NCBI GenBank assembly: GCA_009701575.1
Contig: WLJX01000005.1
Coordinates: 7,183 to 71,182 of the forward strand
DNA: 64,000 nt
Direction of reading: 5' to 3'
DNA from: Actinomycetota bacterium
GTDB taxonomy: Bacteria; Actinomycetota; Actinomycetes; Nanopelagicales; Nanopelagicaceae
The notes under the pieces are model-generated. The model was given only the letters and a program-made list of their open reading frames with translations. It ran no database searches and was not told the origin of the DNA. Position 1 is the stretch's first letter. The number at the start of each line of letters is the position of its first letter. A program made the translations under genes and the position numbers. Positions 37,273 through 46,782 of the stretch are shown here, piece by piece.

Positions 37273-37356
37273 GTGCTTAACTTTGAACCGGTCTTTCTAA
37301 CAAAGCGTCGCCATATTGATTTTGGTCGCCTTGTCGGTTCTCTCTGTCGAATGTAA
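37273..37356 (+). CDS. Putative Cys-responsive leader peptide of the DUF4395-sulfurtransferase operon
   Basis: TAGAAT-N6-GTG; MLNFEPVFLTKRRHIDFGRLVGSLCRM* matches the actinobacterial LTxRRxxDxxR...C leader pattern and position. Confidence 0.7.
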   Translation: MLNFEPVFLTKRRHIDFGRLVGSLCRM

Positions 37357-37422
37357 TTAACTTAAAACGCAACAAAAGTTTTTCGTTTTACAAATTATTC
37401 GACTATTAGCAGAGGAAATAAA

Positions 37423-37872
37423 ATGGCAGTTCTAAATCAATCTAGCGCCACAACTAAAGTTAAGTTAATTGATGCTCGTGGACCTCGGTTCTCGGCCGTT
37501 ATTACAACTTTAGTTTTAGCAATCGCACTAGTAACCCAATCAGCCGTATTGATTGCGTTACAACTAGTTGTCTTTGCAATTGGTGCCTTCGCTGGTCCAG
37601 CAAAGACTCCTTATGCCTTTCTCTTTAAGAAGTTTGTAAAGCCAAGACTTAAGGGCGAAGTTCGAACCGAAGATGCACGTCCTCCACAATTTGCTCAAAG
37701 CATTGGGTTAATTTTTGCAGTCGTTGCACTTGCCGGATCACTTCTATCAATACCTGCCCTCTTCACTGTTGCAGTGGGTTTTGCACTCTTTGCCGCGTTT
37801 TTAAATGCCGCATTCAATTTCTGCTTGGGTTGCGAGATTTACTTAATAGCAATTCGTATCATCAAAAAATAG
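37423..37872 (+). CDS. DUF4395 membrane protein
   Basis: IDARGPRF, EDARPPQFAQ, LNAAFNFCLGCEIY; GAGG RBS. Confidence 0.88.
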   Translation: MAVLNQSSATTKVKLIDARGPRFSAVITTLVLAIALVTQSAVLIALQLVVFAIGAFAGPAKTPYAFLFKKFVKPRLKGEVRTEDARPPQFAQSIGLIFAVVALAGSLLSIPALFTVAVGFALFAAFLNAAFNFCLGCEIYLIAIRIIKK

Positions 37873-37901
37873 CCATTTAACTATCAAAATAGGAGAAATA
37901 A

Positions 37902-38735
37902 ATGTCACGTGCAACATCATTGGTTTCAACCGAATGGGTTCAAGAGAACCTTGCGAATAACAAAGTCGTCTTTGTGGAAGTTGACGAAGACACAACGCTG
38001 TACGAAAAGGGTCACATTGATGGCGCAATTACTTTTCACTGGCGCGAAGATCTACAAGATGGCTTGATTCGCGATCTGATTTCAAAAGAGAAGTTTGAAG
38101 CGTTGCTTTCAAAGAGCGGTATTTCAAATGACTCAACAGTCGTTCTCTACGGCGGCAATAACAATTGGTTCGCAACATATGCGTTCTGGTATTTCAAGAT
38201 TTACGGTCACCAAGATGTTCGCCTAATCGATGGCGGCCGTAAGCTTTGGGAGCTAAAGGGTCTGCCACTTGTTACAGAAGTGCCAACACCTGCCGCAACA
38301 CGTTATGTTGCAAAGGAGCGCGATAATTCAATCCGCGCATTTCGTGATGAAGTAATCGCATCAATTGGAATCAAGAACATTGTTGATGTTCGCTCACCAG
38401 CAGAATTTTCCGGTGAACTCGCAGCACCAGCACACTTGCCACAAGAAGGTGGTCAAATTAAGGGACACATTCCTGGTGCAAAGAATATTCCGTGGTCTAA
38501 AGCAGCAAATGAGGATGGCACCTTTAGAAGTAATGAAGAACTTTCAGAACTTTACAAAGCAGCCGGCGTAGATTTCGCAAAAGAAACAATTGCATATTGC
38601 CGTATCGGAGAACGCTCTGCATTCTCTTGGTTTGTTCTGCACGAACTTCTAGATCTACAAAATGTTACGAACTACGACGGTTCATGGACTGAATACGGTT
38701 CACTCGTCGGTGTACCAGTAGCAGTCGGCGCATAA
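37902..38735 (+). CDS. Thiosulfate sulfurtransferase (tandem rhodanese, CysA2/SseA-like)
   Basis: LVSTEW, GHIDGA, DVRSPAEF, GHIPGA, YCRIGERS, NYDGSWTEYG. Confidence 0.92.
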   Translation: MSRATSLVSTEWVQENLANNKVVFVEVDEDTTLYEKGHIDGAITFHWREDLQDGLIRDLISKEKFEALLSKSGISNDSTVVLYGGNNNWFATYAFWYFKIYGHQDVRLIDGGRKLWELKGLPLVTEVPTPAATRYVAKERDNSIRAFRDEVIASIGIKNIVDVRSPAEFSGELAAPAHLPQEGGQIKGHIPGAKNIPWSKAANEDGTFRSNEELSELYKAAGVDFAKETIAYCRIGERSAFSWFVLHELLDLQNVTNYDGSWTEYGSLVGVPVAVGA

Positions 38736-38736
38736 G

Positions 38737-39060
38737 TTGCGCACCTGTGGTGCAACACCTGGTGGTGCTGATTTAGCAGGCATTGATCTTGCAAATCAGA
38801 CTGTGATTCAAGGAGCCGTTCTCCGTGGTGGTGTTAACGATGGTGTTCCCAATGGTGCACCTGTCGATAACGCATATGTTCGGCTCCTCGATTCAACTGG
38901 TGAATTCACTGCAGAAGTTCCGACAAATTTAGAAGGCCAATTTAGATTCTTCGCCGCCCCTGGCTCATGGACTGTTGTAGTTCTGGCCCACGGGGCGCGC
39001 GAGGAAGTAAAAGTTCAAGCACAACAGGGAACGCCCATCGATTTAGTTATTCAAATCTGA
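38737..39060 (+). CDS. DUF1416 (SseC-like) protein
   Basis: YVRLLDSTGEFTAEV, GQFRFFAAPG; conserved position after the sulfurtransferase. Confidence 0.85.
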   Translation: MRTCGATPGGADLAGIDLANQTVIQGAVLRGGVNDGVPNGAPVDNAYVRLLDSTGEFTAEVPTNLEGQFRFFAAPGSWTVVVLAHGAREEVKVQAQQGTPIDLVIQI

Positions 39061-39082
39061 TTGCCCAAGTTAGACTTTAACC

Positions 39083-39496
39083 ATGGCTGACCAACATGAA
39101 TTGCGCGATAAAGGGTTACGTTTAACACCGCAACGCGAATTAGTTTTAGCCGCGGTCCGCGCACTTGAACATGCAACACCAGAAGAAGTTGCCGAAAGAG
39201 TTAAGTCAACTCATCCTGGTATTAATCTTTCAACGGTTTATCGCAATCTAGAAACTCTGGAAAATGTTGGATTAGTTCAACATTCACACCTTGGACATGG
39301 TGGCGTTCGCTATCACGCATCAACAGAAGAGATTCACGCCCACTTAAATTGCGAAAGCTGCGGAACAATTATTGAAGTTCCAATCGATGCAACAGCCTCA
39401 TTTACCCAATCCCTGCTCGATGGCTATGGCTTTCACACAGATCTCGCACACTTAGCGATCGCTGGTCGTTGCGAGAGTTGCTTTAATAAGCCTTAA
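39083..39496 (+). CDS. Fur-family transcriptional regulator
   Basis: GLRLTPQR, STVYRNL, HAHLNCESCG, GRCESC. Confidence 0.9.
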   Translation: MADQHELRDKGLRLTPQRELVLAAVRALEHATPEEVAERVKSTHPGINLSTVYRNLETLENVGLVQHSHLGHGGVRYHASTEEIHAHLNCESCGTIIEVPIDATASFTQSLLDGYGFHTDLAHLAIAGRCESCFNKP

Positions 39497-39509
39497 ACTC
39501 AGAGGTCTT

Positions 39510-40409
39510 ATGACTGCCGTATTAGTTGAAGCGGGCCCCGATGCTGGTGCTATCTGGCACTTTGGTGAACCAAATCAAGAACAACGTGCACTTGCCGCAG
39601 GTACTGCATGGGCCGATCTTTCACATCGCGGCGTAATTTCAGTAACTGGTCCCGATCGTTTGAGTTGGTTGCATTCAATAACAACACAGGATGTTGAGAA
39701 GTTAACGCCAGGTCTTTGGGTAAGTTCACTAATACTTGATGCAAGTGGCCACATCACACACCAGTTTTATTTGGTCGATGATGGCACAACAACTTGGTTG
39801 CATACCGAGAACACCAAAACCGCAGAGCTTCTTGCTTACTTAGAGAGAATGAAATTTATGTTGCGAGTTGAAGTCGCAGATTGTTCAAATGAATTTGCGG
39901 TCCTTCGCGCGCCAGGAATCGCTGATGCCATAGGTGGGCCTTATGCGCTTGTTTCATATGACGAAGTTGAAGATACAAAATCGGCTTTCAATCAAAGCTA
40001 TTTACAAGTTGGAACCTGGGCACTTGATGCCGAACGTGTTGCTGCGGGGCGTGCGCGAATTCTCTTTGAAACGGATCACAAATCAATTCCAAATGAACTT
40101 GGTTTTCTTAATAACGCAGTGCATATGAAGAAGGGTTGTTACCCAGGTCAGGAAACTGTTGCCAAAGTATTCAACTTAGGCAAACCACCTCGTCGGCTTA
40201 CACTTCTGCATCTTGATGGCTCAATGGTTGCGATGCCAGAAAATGGTGCGCCAGTTGAATTCGATGGCAAAGAAGTCGGATTTGTTGGAACCGTTGCAAG
40301 ACATTATGAACTTGGACCAATTGCGTTGGCAGTTTTGAAACGGAACGTTCCGCTAGAAGCAACGCTTATTAGCGCTGGCGTTAGTGCAACTCAAGAACTA
40401 TTTAATTAA
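39510..40409 (+). CDS. ygfZ: Folate-binding protein YgfZ
   Basis: KGCYPGQETVA signature; GcvT-like N-terminus. Confidence 0.88.
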   Translation: MTAVLVEAGPDAGAIWHFGEPNQEQRALAAGTAWADLSHRGVISVTGPDRLSWLHSITTQDVEKLTPGLWVSSLILDASGHITHQFYLVDDGTTTWLHTENTKTAELLAYLERMKFMLRVEVADCSNEFAVLRAPGIADAIGGPYALVSYDEVEDTKSAFNQSYLQVGTWALDAERVAAGRARILFETDHKSIPNELGFLNNAVHMKKGCYPGQETVAKVFNLGKPPRRLTLLHLDGSMVAMPENGAPVEFDGKEVGFVGTVARHYELGPIALAVLKRNVPLEATLISAGVSATQELFN

Positions 40410-40783
40410 TAAACCAGAGCCTGCACATTTGGTTGCAAAATTTCTTCAACGAAACTAGCAGCCCCAGCAATAACAATTCCAGGTATTTGATCGCCATCGT
40501 TAATTCCACGACGCACAGCGCATTGGGTGCATAAAGTTATTTTTCCGCCAGCCAAGATTGCATCGCGAAGGTCGGCCAACTTTGCAGAATGTGGCAATTC
40601 AAATTCTTCGCATTTTCCAGGAAGTGCGAACCATGCGGCATCGCCGGTTAGCCAGAGTGAAACTTCGGCGCCACTAGCAAGTGCGGTTGATGCAACGGTA
40701 AATGCTTGTGCGCAGCGCTCGGGGTCGTTCGCCCCGGCCATTGCTTTCACAACAAGTTTCGCACTTGAATGAGCATTAATCAT
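40406..40783 (-). CDS. DsrE-family protein
   Basis: PERCAQAFTVA, WLTGD, LCTQCAVRR, IAGAASF. Confidence 0.85.
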   Translation of the reverse strand: MINAHSSAKLVVKAMAGANDPERCAQAFTVASTALASGAEVSLWLTGDAAWFALPGKCEEFELPHSAKLADLRDAILAGGKITLCTQCAVRRGINDGDQIPGIVIAGAASFVEEILQPNVQALVY

Positions 40784-40822
40784 GGGAGGGACTCTACTCG
40801 CAGATGGCATTACCCTTAGACA

Positions 40823-40945
40823 ATGGAGACCGCGACCACCGTTTTATTGATTGCGGTCACAGCGCTAATTGGATTGTTTTTATTTGTAAAGGGAATCCGC
40901 GGCGCTATTAAATCTTGGAAGGGCGAAGCAGAAGATGGTATTTGA
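40823..40945 (+). CDS. Small single-TM membrane protein (40 aa), not in the ORF track
   Basis: TACCCT-N6-ATG; METATTVLLIAVTALIGLFLFVKGIRGAIKSWKGEAEDGI*; overlaps the next start by 11 nt. Confidence 0.55.
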   Translation: METATTVLLIAVTALIGLFLFVKGIRGAIKSWKGEAEDGI

Positions 40946-41438
40946 AATTCCCGAAGGCTTGCATCCAGATTGTTATCCACTCGCTTGGCTTATCGGAACT
41001 TGGCGCGGTAAAGGTTCTGGTGAATATCCAGGAATCGAACCTTTTCAATTCGCGCAGGAAGTTACTTTCAATCACGATGGCCGACCTTTTCTAAATTATT
41101 TTTCACGTTCTTGGATTATTAATGACGAGAATGAAATATTGCGGCCAGGGGGATCTGAGACTGGTTTCTGGCGTCCGAAAGAGAACAAAACTTTGGAAGT
41201 TGTGTTGGCGCATAACACCGGAATTTCTGAGGGTTGGGTTGGCGTGCACGATGGACCAAAGATTCAAATTGTTATGGATCAAGGTTATTCCGCGCCGTCA
41301 GCAAAAATTGTTACCGCTGGACAACGCTTATATGGTTTAGTTGAAGGACAATTATTTTTTGCATATGACATGGCGGCTGAAGGACAGACTTTGCAAGCAC
41401 ACATCTGGTCAAGCCTGGAACGTCAGGCTGGCGAATAA
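40935..41438 (+). CDS. FABP-like / nitrobindin family protein
   Basis: LAWLIGTWRGKG.GEYP, HDGRPFL, ETGFWR, RLYGLV, YDMAA, H..S.L. Confidence 0.88.
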   Translation: MVFEIPEGLHPDCYPLAWLIGTWRGKGSGEYPGIEPFQFAQEVTFNHDGRPFLNYFSRSWIINDENEILRPGGSETGFWRPKENKTLEVVLAHNTGISEGWVGVHDGPKIQIVMDQGYSAPSAKIVTAGQRLYGLVEGQLFFAYDMAAEGQTLQAHIWSSLERQAGE

Positions 41439-41440
41439 AA

Positions 41441-42373
41441 GTGAGCAACGATTTTCGTGGGGAAGTTCTAGCCGAATTAACTCGCAACGGCTTAGTTGAA
41501 TCGATTCATACTGGCCATTTAATTATGTTAAATGCCGATGGTTCGGTTCATAAAACAAAAGGTTCAGTAGATATGCCGATCTTTCCAAGATCAACTGTTA
41601 AATGCATGCAGGCCAGTGCGATGGTGCGAAGCGGTTTGAAGTTAGAACCACGTTTATTGGCACTTGTAGCATCAAGTCATTCTGGTGCCAAGATGCACCA
41701 AGATGCAGTTTTAGAAATTTTGGCAAGTGTTGGGCTAAGTGAAAGTGATTTGCAATGCGCACTTGATAAACCACTTGGCGAGGCTGAGCGAATTGCGTGG
41801 GGCGAAAAACCAGCGACCAGACTTGCGATGAACTGTTCCGGAAAGCATGCAGGAATGCTTGCAACCTGTGTTGCAAATGGTTGGGATATCAAAACTTATT
41901 TAAACGCCGATCATCCGCTACAAGTAGCAGTTCTAAAGGAGATTGAAACCCTTGCTTCAACCAAGGTTGCAAATAAGACTTTTGATGGCTGCGGTGCACC
42001 GTTATTTGCGATGACAACTCGCGAGCTTGCAACAGCAATTCGCGCAATAACTATTTCGAAGGATCCCGTGCATATCGAAGTTATGAACGCTACTCGCGCA
42101 TTTCCGGAAATGGTTGCCGGGCCAGGTCGGTTAACAACTCGCACAATGCAAAGTGTTCCTGGGTTATTTATGAAGGAGGGCGCCGAAGCCGTTGAAGTTG
42201 TATCTATGTCTGATGGTCGAACTTTAGTTTTCAAGATTAGCGACGGCTCATGGCGGGCTTTTGGGGCGATCATGCATGCAGCGCTTTTGGAGTGGGGAAT
42301 TATTACAACCGAAGAAGCGTTTAACGTTTATGGTGGCGCAAATATTGTTGGCGGAATGCGTGCGGTGTTATAA
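41441..42373 (+). CDS. L-asparaginase II family protein
   Basis: R...ES.H, RSTVK.MQ, SHSG, NCSGKHAGML, DGCGAP, KEGAE, KISDG. Confidence 0.88.
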   Translation: MSNDFRGEVLAELTRNGLVESIHTGHLIMLNADGSVHKTKGSVDMPIFPRSTVKCMQASAMVRSGLKLEPRLLALVASSHSGAKMHQDAVLEILASVGLSESDLQCALDKPLGEAERIAWGEKPATRLAMNCSGKHAGMLATCVANGWDIKTYLNADHPLQVAVLKEIETLASTKVANKTFDGCGAPLFAMTTRELATAIRAITISKDPVHIEVMNATRAFPEMVAGPGRLTTRTMQSVPGLFMKEGAEAVEVVSMSDGRTLVFKISDGSWRAFGAIMHAALLEWGIITTEEAFNVYGGANIVGGMRAVL

Positions 42374-43642
42374 ATGAAGAGCCGCATCGCAACCTTGATG
42401 GTTCACACTTCACCGCTAGAGCAAGCAGGTGTTGGCGATGCTGGTGGCATGAATGTTTATGTCGTCGAGAATTCAATCAAGATGGCGAACGCCGGCGTCG
42501 AAGTTGATATTTTTACTCGTGCAGATAAATCTGGTTTAGCTGATGCGGTTGAAATTGCGAAGGGCGTTACAGTTCACCACTTAGAAGCTGGACCAATTGG
42601 TGCGTTAACTAAAGAAGAGCTGCCTTCACAAATTGGTGCGTTGACACATGCATTTATGGAGCATCAAAGTGGTAAGCCAAATGGGTATTACGACATCATT
42701 CATTCGCATTATTGGATCAGCGGACAACTTGGTTGGATGATTTCAGAACGAACAAATGTGCCACTAGTTCACACAATGCACACCATGGCGAAGGTAAAGA
42801 ATCAGGCACTTGCTGAAGGCGAGAGCCCAGAACCACTTATTCGCGCACTTGGCGAAGAACAAATTGTGCAGAATGCGAAAGCGCTAATTGCTAATACTGA
42901 TGCCGAAGCTGCGAGTTTAGTTTCACTCTATGACGCCGATCCAAACAAGGTAAAAGTTGTAACTCCAGGTGTTGACTTACAACGCTTTATTCCGGGACAT
43001 GGAAAGGCAAGTGCCCGCAATATTTTGAATATCGCACCTGATGCAATTGTTTTAACCTTCGTCGGTCGGATCCAGCCACACAAGGGTCCAGAAGTATTAG
43101 TCCGCGCGATTGCAGAAATGCTTTTGCATACCCCACATCTGCGTTCAAAGTTAGCCCTTGTAATTATGGGCGGGGCATCAGGAAGTGGAATAAATGAACC
43201 AGAACGATTAGCAAAGCTTGCTACCTTCTTAGGTGTTGAAGACTTGGTACATTTTAAAGAACCAGTTTCAAGAAGCGAACTTGCAGATTGGTATCGCGCA
43301 TCGGATTTAGTTTGCGTTCCTTCATACTCTGAAAGTTTTGGACTTGTTGCACTTGAAGCTCAAGCATGTGGGACACCTGTTGTCGCAAGTGCGGTTGGTG
43401 GTCTACGCACTGCAGTATCTGATGGAATTTCCGGAACCCTTGTCGATGGCCACGATCAGAAAGCATGGGCCTCGGTTTTATCTCGATTGATTGCCGAACC
43501 ACAACGTCGCGTTCTGCTTTCAATGGGCGCGTTAGATCATGCAAAGAAGTTCGGTTGGGAAAATACCGCGCGCCAGACATTGGATGTTTATGACTGGGTC
43601 TTATCAAAACCAAAATCTAATTCGCTATTTGTGGCTAATTAG
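42374..43642 (+). CDS. mshA: D-inositol-3-phosphate glycosyltransferase (mycothiol synthesis)
   Basis: HTSPLEQAGVGDAGGMNVY, HSHYWISG, HTMHTMAKVKN, PSYSESFGLVALEAQACG. Confidence 0.95.
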   Translation: MKSRIATLMVHTSPLEQAGVGDAGGMNVYVVENSIKMANAGVEVDIFTRADKSGLADAVEIAKGVTVHHLEAGPIGALTKEELPSQIGALTHAFMEHQSGKPNGYYDIIHSHYWISGQLGWMISERTNVPLVHTMHTMAKVKNQALAEGESPEPLIRALGEEQIVQNAKALIANTDAEAASLVSLYDADPNKVKVVTPGVDLQRFIPGHGKASARNILNIAPDAIVLTFVGRIQPHKGPEVLVRAIAEMLLHTPHLRSKLALVIMGGASGSGINEPERLAKLATFLGVEDLVHFKEPVSRSELADWYRASDLVCVPSYSESFGLVALEAQACGTPVVASAVGGLRTAVSDGISGTLVDGHDQKAWASVLSRLIAEPQRRVLLSMGALDHAKKFGWENTARQTLDVYDWVLSKPKSNSLFVAN

Positions 43643-43644
43643 CA

Positions 43645-44121
43645 ATGATTGATCCCCGCGCGATTATTGAAGAGTTTCTAGAATCTCATGATTTAGATTT
43701 CGAAAAAAGCGATACGAATACCTTCTTAATAACCCTGCCAGGTGAGAAAAAGCTACAGACTCATTGCGCTCTAGTTGTTGGCGACAACTCCCTAAGTATC
43801 AACGCCTTTGTAATTCGCAAACCAGATGAGAACGCTGAGAAAGTTCACGAGTGGCTTCTAGCTAAGAACGCATCGATGTATGCCGTCACATTTGCTATCA
43901 ATGAGGTTGGCGATGTTTTCCTTGTTGGTCGCTTGCCACTGCCAGCGGTAACAGATGTTGAAATTGATCGAATTCTTGGGGCGGTCTTGCAATATTCAGA
44001 TTCCTCATTCAATCCACTTCTTGAATTAGGTTTTGCGACATCTATTCGAAAAGAATGGGCTTGGCGAGTGTCACGCGGTGAATCACTTTCAAATCTAAAA
44101 GCATTTGAACATTTAATCTAA
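43645..44121 (+). CDS. YbjN-domain protein
   Basis: LPGEKKLQT, AFVIRKPDEN, EWAWRVSRGES; conserved between mshA and gpmA. Confidence 0.85.
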   Translation: MIDPRAIIEEFLESHDLDFEKSDTNTFLITLPGEKKLQTHCALVVGDNSLSINAFVIRKPDENAEKVHEWLLAKNASMYAVTFAINEVGDVFLVGRLPLPAVTDVEIDRILGAVLQYSDSSFNPLLELGFATSIRKEWAWRVSRGESLSNLKAFEHLI

Positions 44122-44133
44122 TAGGATTTACTC

Positions 44134-44880
44134 ATGACTAAGAAATTGATTCTTCTGCGCCACGGCGAGAGCGAGTGGAATGCCCTCAACCAATTTACCG
44201 GCTGGGTCGATGTTCGACTCTCTGAAAAAGGAATCGGTGAAGCAAAGCGCGGCGGTCAACTTCTCAAAGAGCGCGGTTTGTTGCCAGATATTGTTCACAC
44301 CTCACTTCTGCGTCGTGCGATTCATACTTCACAATTAGCCCTCGATGAAGCTGAACGTCATTGGATTCCGGTAAAGCGCAGCTGGCGTTTGAATGAACGG
44401 CACTATGGGGCGTTGCAAGGGAAAGATAAGAAAGAGACTTTGGCGCAATATGGCGAAGAACAATTCCAACTTTGGCGCAGATCATTTGATGTTCCGCCGC
44501 CACCGATTGATGATGCCGATAAATATTCACAATTTGGGGATCCCCGTTACGCAGATTTAGGTGCGGCGCTTCCAAAGACTGAATGCTTGAAAGATGTTAT
44601 TGATCGCATGATTCCTTACTTCACTGGCGAAATTGCAGATGATATGAACTCTGGGAAGACCGTTCTTGTTACGGCCCATGGAAATTCAATCCGCGCAATG
44701 GTTAAACATATTGATTGCATTTCAGATGAGGATATTGCCGGCGTGAATATCCCGACCGGAATCCCATTGTTATACGAGTTCGACGATAATTTTGAGCCAA
44801 TTAAAAAAGGTGGCGAGTACTTAGATCCAGCGGCTGCGAAGTCCGCTATCGAAGCGGTTGCGAATCAGGGAAAGAAGTAA
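44134..44880 (+). CDS. gpmA: 2,3-bisphosphoglycerate-dependent phosphoglycerate mutase
   Basis: [33 protein letters not shown]. Confidence 0.96.
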   Translation: MTKKLILLRHGESEWNALNQFTGWVDVRLSEKGIGEAKRGGQLLKERGLLPDIVHTSLLRRAIHTSQLALDEAERHWIPVKRSWRLNERHYGALQGKDKKETLAQYGEEQFQLWRRSFDVPPPPIDDADKYSQFGDPRYADLGAALPKTECLKDVIDRMIPYFTGEIADDMNSGKTVLVTAHGNSIRAMVKHIDCISDEDIAGVNIPTGIPLLYEFDDNFEPIKKGGEYLDPAAAKSAIEAVANQGKK

Positions 44881-44883
44881 AGA

Positions 44884-45531
44884 TTAATTAGTGGAGTATT
44901 CGCCAGTTACTAAGAAATATACGCGGCGAGAGATTGAAACTGCATGATCTGCGAAACGCTCGTAATAGCGGCCAAGCAAAGTCATATCGATTGCCGCTTC
45001 AATTCCATGGTTCCACTTATCATCCAACAATGTACTAATTAAATCGCGATGCAACTTATCCATCTCATCATCATCTGTTTCAATTTCTAGTGCGCGAACC
45101 GCATCGCGATGTTCCATAACCGATGAGAGCTTGTCGATTAACTTGTCTGCAACTATTCCCATGGCTGTAATTGTTGGTACGAGTTCTGCTGGAACTGCGC
45201 TATTTGGATAACGCATACGTGCCTGCTTGGCAACGTGGTGTGCTAGATCGCCCATACGTTCAAGATCAGCGCTCATGCGAAGTGAGGTAACAAGGGTGCG
45301 AAGATCAGATGCGACAGGTTGTTGGCGGGCCATTAAATTTATTGTGCGCGCATCTAATTCATGTTGAATTTCATCAATTACGCCATCAGCAGCAATAACT
45401 TTTTCAGCAATTGTTAGATCTACAGTTAGAAGCGCAGTCGTAGCGTCGGTCATTGCAACTCTTACGAGCCCAGCCATTTGAAGCAGGGTCGTTCCAATTG
45501 AGTCGAGCTCGTCATGAAAGGCGTTGCGCAT
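44884..45531 (-). CDS. phoU: Phosphate signalling protein PhoU
   Basis: MRNAFHDEL, QQPVASDLR, DLERMGD, RYYERFADHAV. Confidence 0.95.
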   Translation of the reverse strand: MRNAFHDELDSIGTTLLQMAGLVRVAMTDATTALLTVDLTIAEKVIAADGVIDEIQHELDARTINLMARQQPVASDLRTLVTSLRMSADLERMGDLAHHVAKQARMRYPNSAVPAELVPTITAMGIVADKLIDKLSSVMEHRDAVRALEIETDDDEMDKLHRDLISTLLDDKWNHGIEAAIDMTLLGRYYERFADHAVSISRRVYFLVTGEYSTN

Positions 45532-45569
45532 TGTCCAAGAATAGTGTGGGCGGCCTATTGAAGAGGGTA

Positions 45570-45602
45570 AGAGTATGAACGTGCCCTGAACTAAAGGTAA
45601 AG
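45570..45602 (-). promoter_or_regulatory. PHO-box-like 11-nt direct repeats in the phoU/senX3 divergent promoter
   Basis: Minus strand ctttaccttta-gttcagggcac-gttcatactct; GTTCA units spaced 11 nt, as for Streptomyces PhoP sites. Confidence 0.6.
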
Positions 45603-45672
45603 AATTGGCACTAAAGGCCAATTATCGGGGGTTTGGTATGGGTGATTTGGCCATCTCTTCTACGATAAGAAC

Positions 45673-46782
45673 ATGGCCTGGATCGCGAGAAAGAACGCTA
45701 AGCGAATGGCTGGCGACGAACTCGTAAATAGTTCAGAAATTTTGCCTTCTTCAATTAAGGATCTACTTAAGTTATTCGATGCTGAAAACATTGTTTTAGG
45801 TAATGGGGAAGTTGTACTAGAGCAATCTGATGGCATTTCAACGTTAAATTTAATTCGTGACCAACATCTTAATAATGAATTTCTACTTCGCTTAGTTCGA
45901 GCAACTCGTAGATCAGGGAAAACTCAGGAAGTCACTATGGAGTTGCCCCGCGGTCCAATTGGTGCTGGAACTCATGATTTATTAGTAAGAGTTTCACTTC
46001 TCGGCGATGATGGGCTAATTGTTGTTTTAATTTTTGATGATAGCGAAATGCGCCGGCTTGATTCCATTCGCCGAGATTTCGTAGCAAATATTTCACACGA
46101 ACTTAAAACTCCGATTGGTGCGCTTTCAATTTTGAGCGAAGCCGTATTAGGTGCGAGCGATGATCCAGAAGCGATCACTAGATTCGCAACAAGAATGCAA
46201 TCAGAAGCATCACGATTGACAGAATTAGTTCAGGAAATTATCAACTTATCTAGACTTCAAGATGACGATCCTCTTAAGCGCGCCCAACAATTTTCGATTA
46301 GTGAAAGCATTAAAGAGGCAATGGATCAGTCACGGTTGAATGCTGAAGCTAGGCGAGTAGAAATTGTTTACAACAACGATGTTAATTCCCTTGTAACAGG
46401 CGATCGCGATCAGGTAACGATGGCGATTCATAATTTGATTGAGAATGCGATTAACTACAGCCCTGATGCAACTCGGGTAGCAATTGCAGTTAATGAAGTA
46501 GATGGCTTGTGTGAGATCTCAATTTCGGATCAAGGAATTGGAATTCCAGAGAAAGATTTAGAGCGCATCTTTGAACGTTTTTATCGAGTAGATGCTGCGC
46601 GTTCTCGAATTACCGGTGGTACTGGACTTGGACTTTCAATCGTTAAACATGTTGTCACCAATCACGGTGGCGATATTTCAGTATGGAGCGTTGAAGGTGC
46701 GGGAAGCACATTCACTATCCGCTTACCACTCTTGCGAAATCAAGAAAACAGAACAAGTTCTGCCTTGGAGGCAAATAAATGA
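45673..46782 (+). CDS. senX3: Sensor histidine kinase SenX3/PhoR
   Basis: RRDFVANISHELKTP, NLIENAINYS, DQGIGIP, GGTGLGL; phoU/regX3 context. Confidence 0.88.
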   Translation: MAWIARKNAKRMAGDELVNSSEILPSSIKDLLKLFDAENIVLGNGEVVLEQSDGISTLNLIRDQHLNNEFLLRLVRATRRSGKTQEVTMELPRGPIGAGTHDLLVRVSLLGDDGLIVVLIFDDSEMRRLDSIRRDFVANISHELKTPIGALSILSEAVLGASDDPEAITRFATRMQSEASRLTELVQEIINLSRLQDDDPLKRAQQFSISESIKEAMDQSRLNAEARRVEIVYNNDVNSLVTGDRDQVTMAIHNLIENAINYSPDATRVAIAVNEVDGLCEISISDQGIGIPEKDLERIFERFYRVDAARSRITGGTGLGLSIVKHVVTNHGGDISVWSVEGAGSTFTIRLPLLRNQENRTSSALEANK

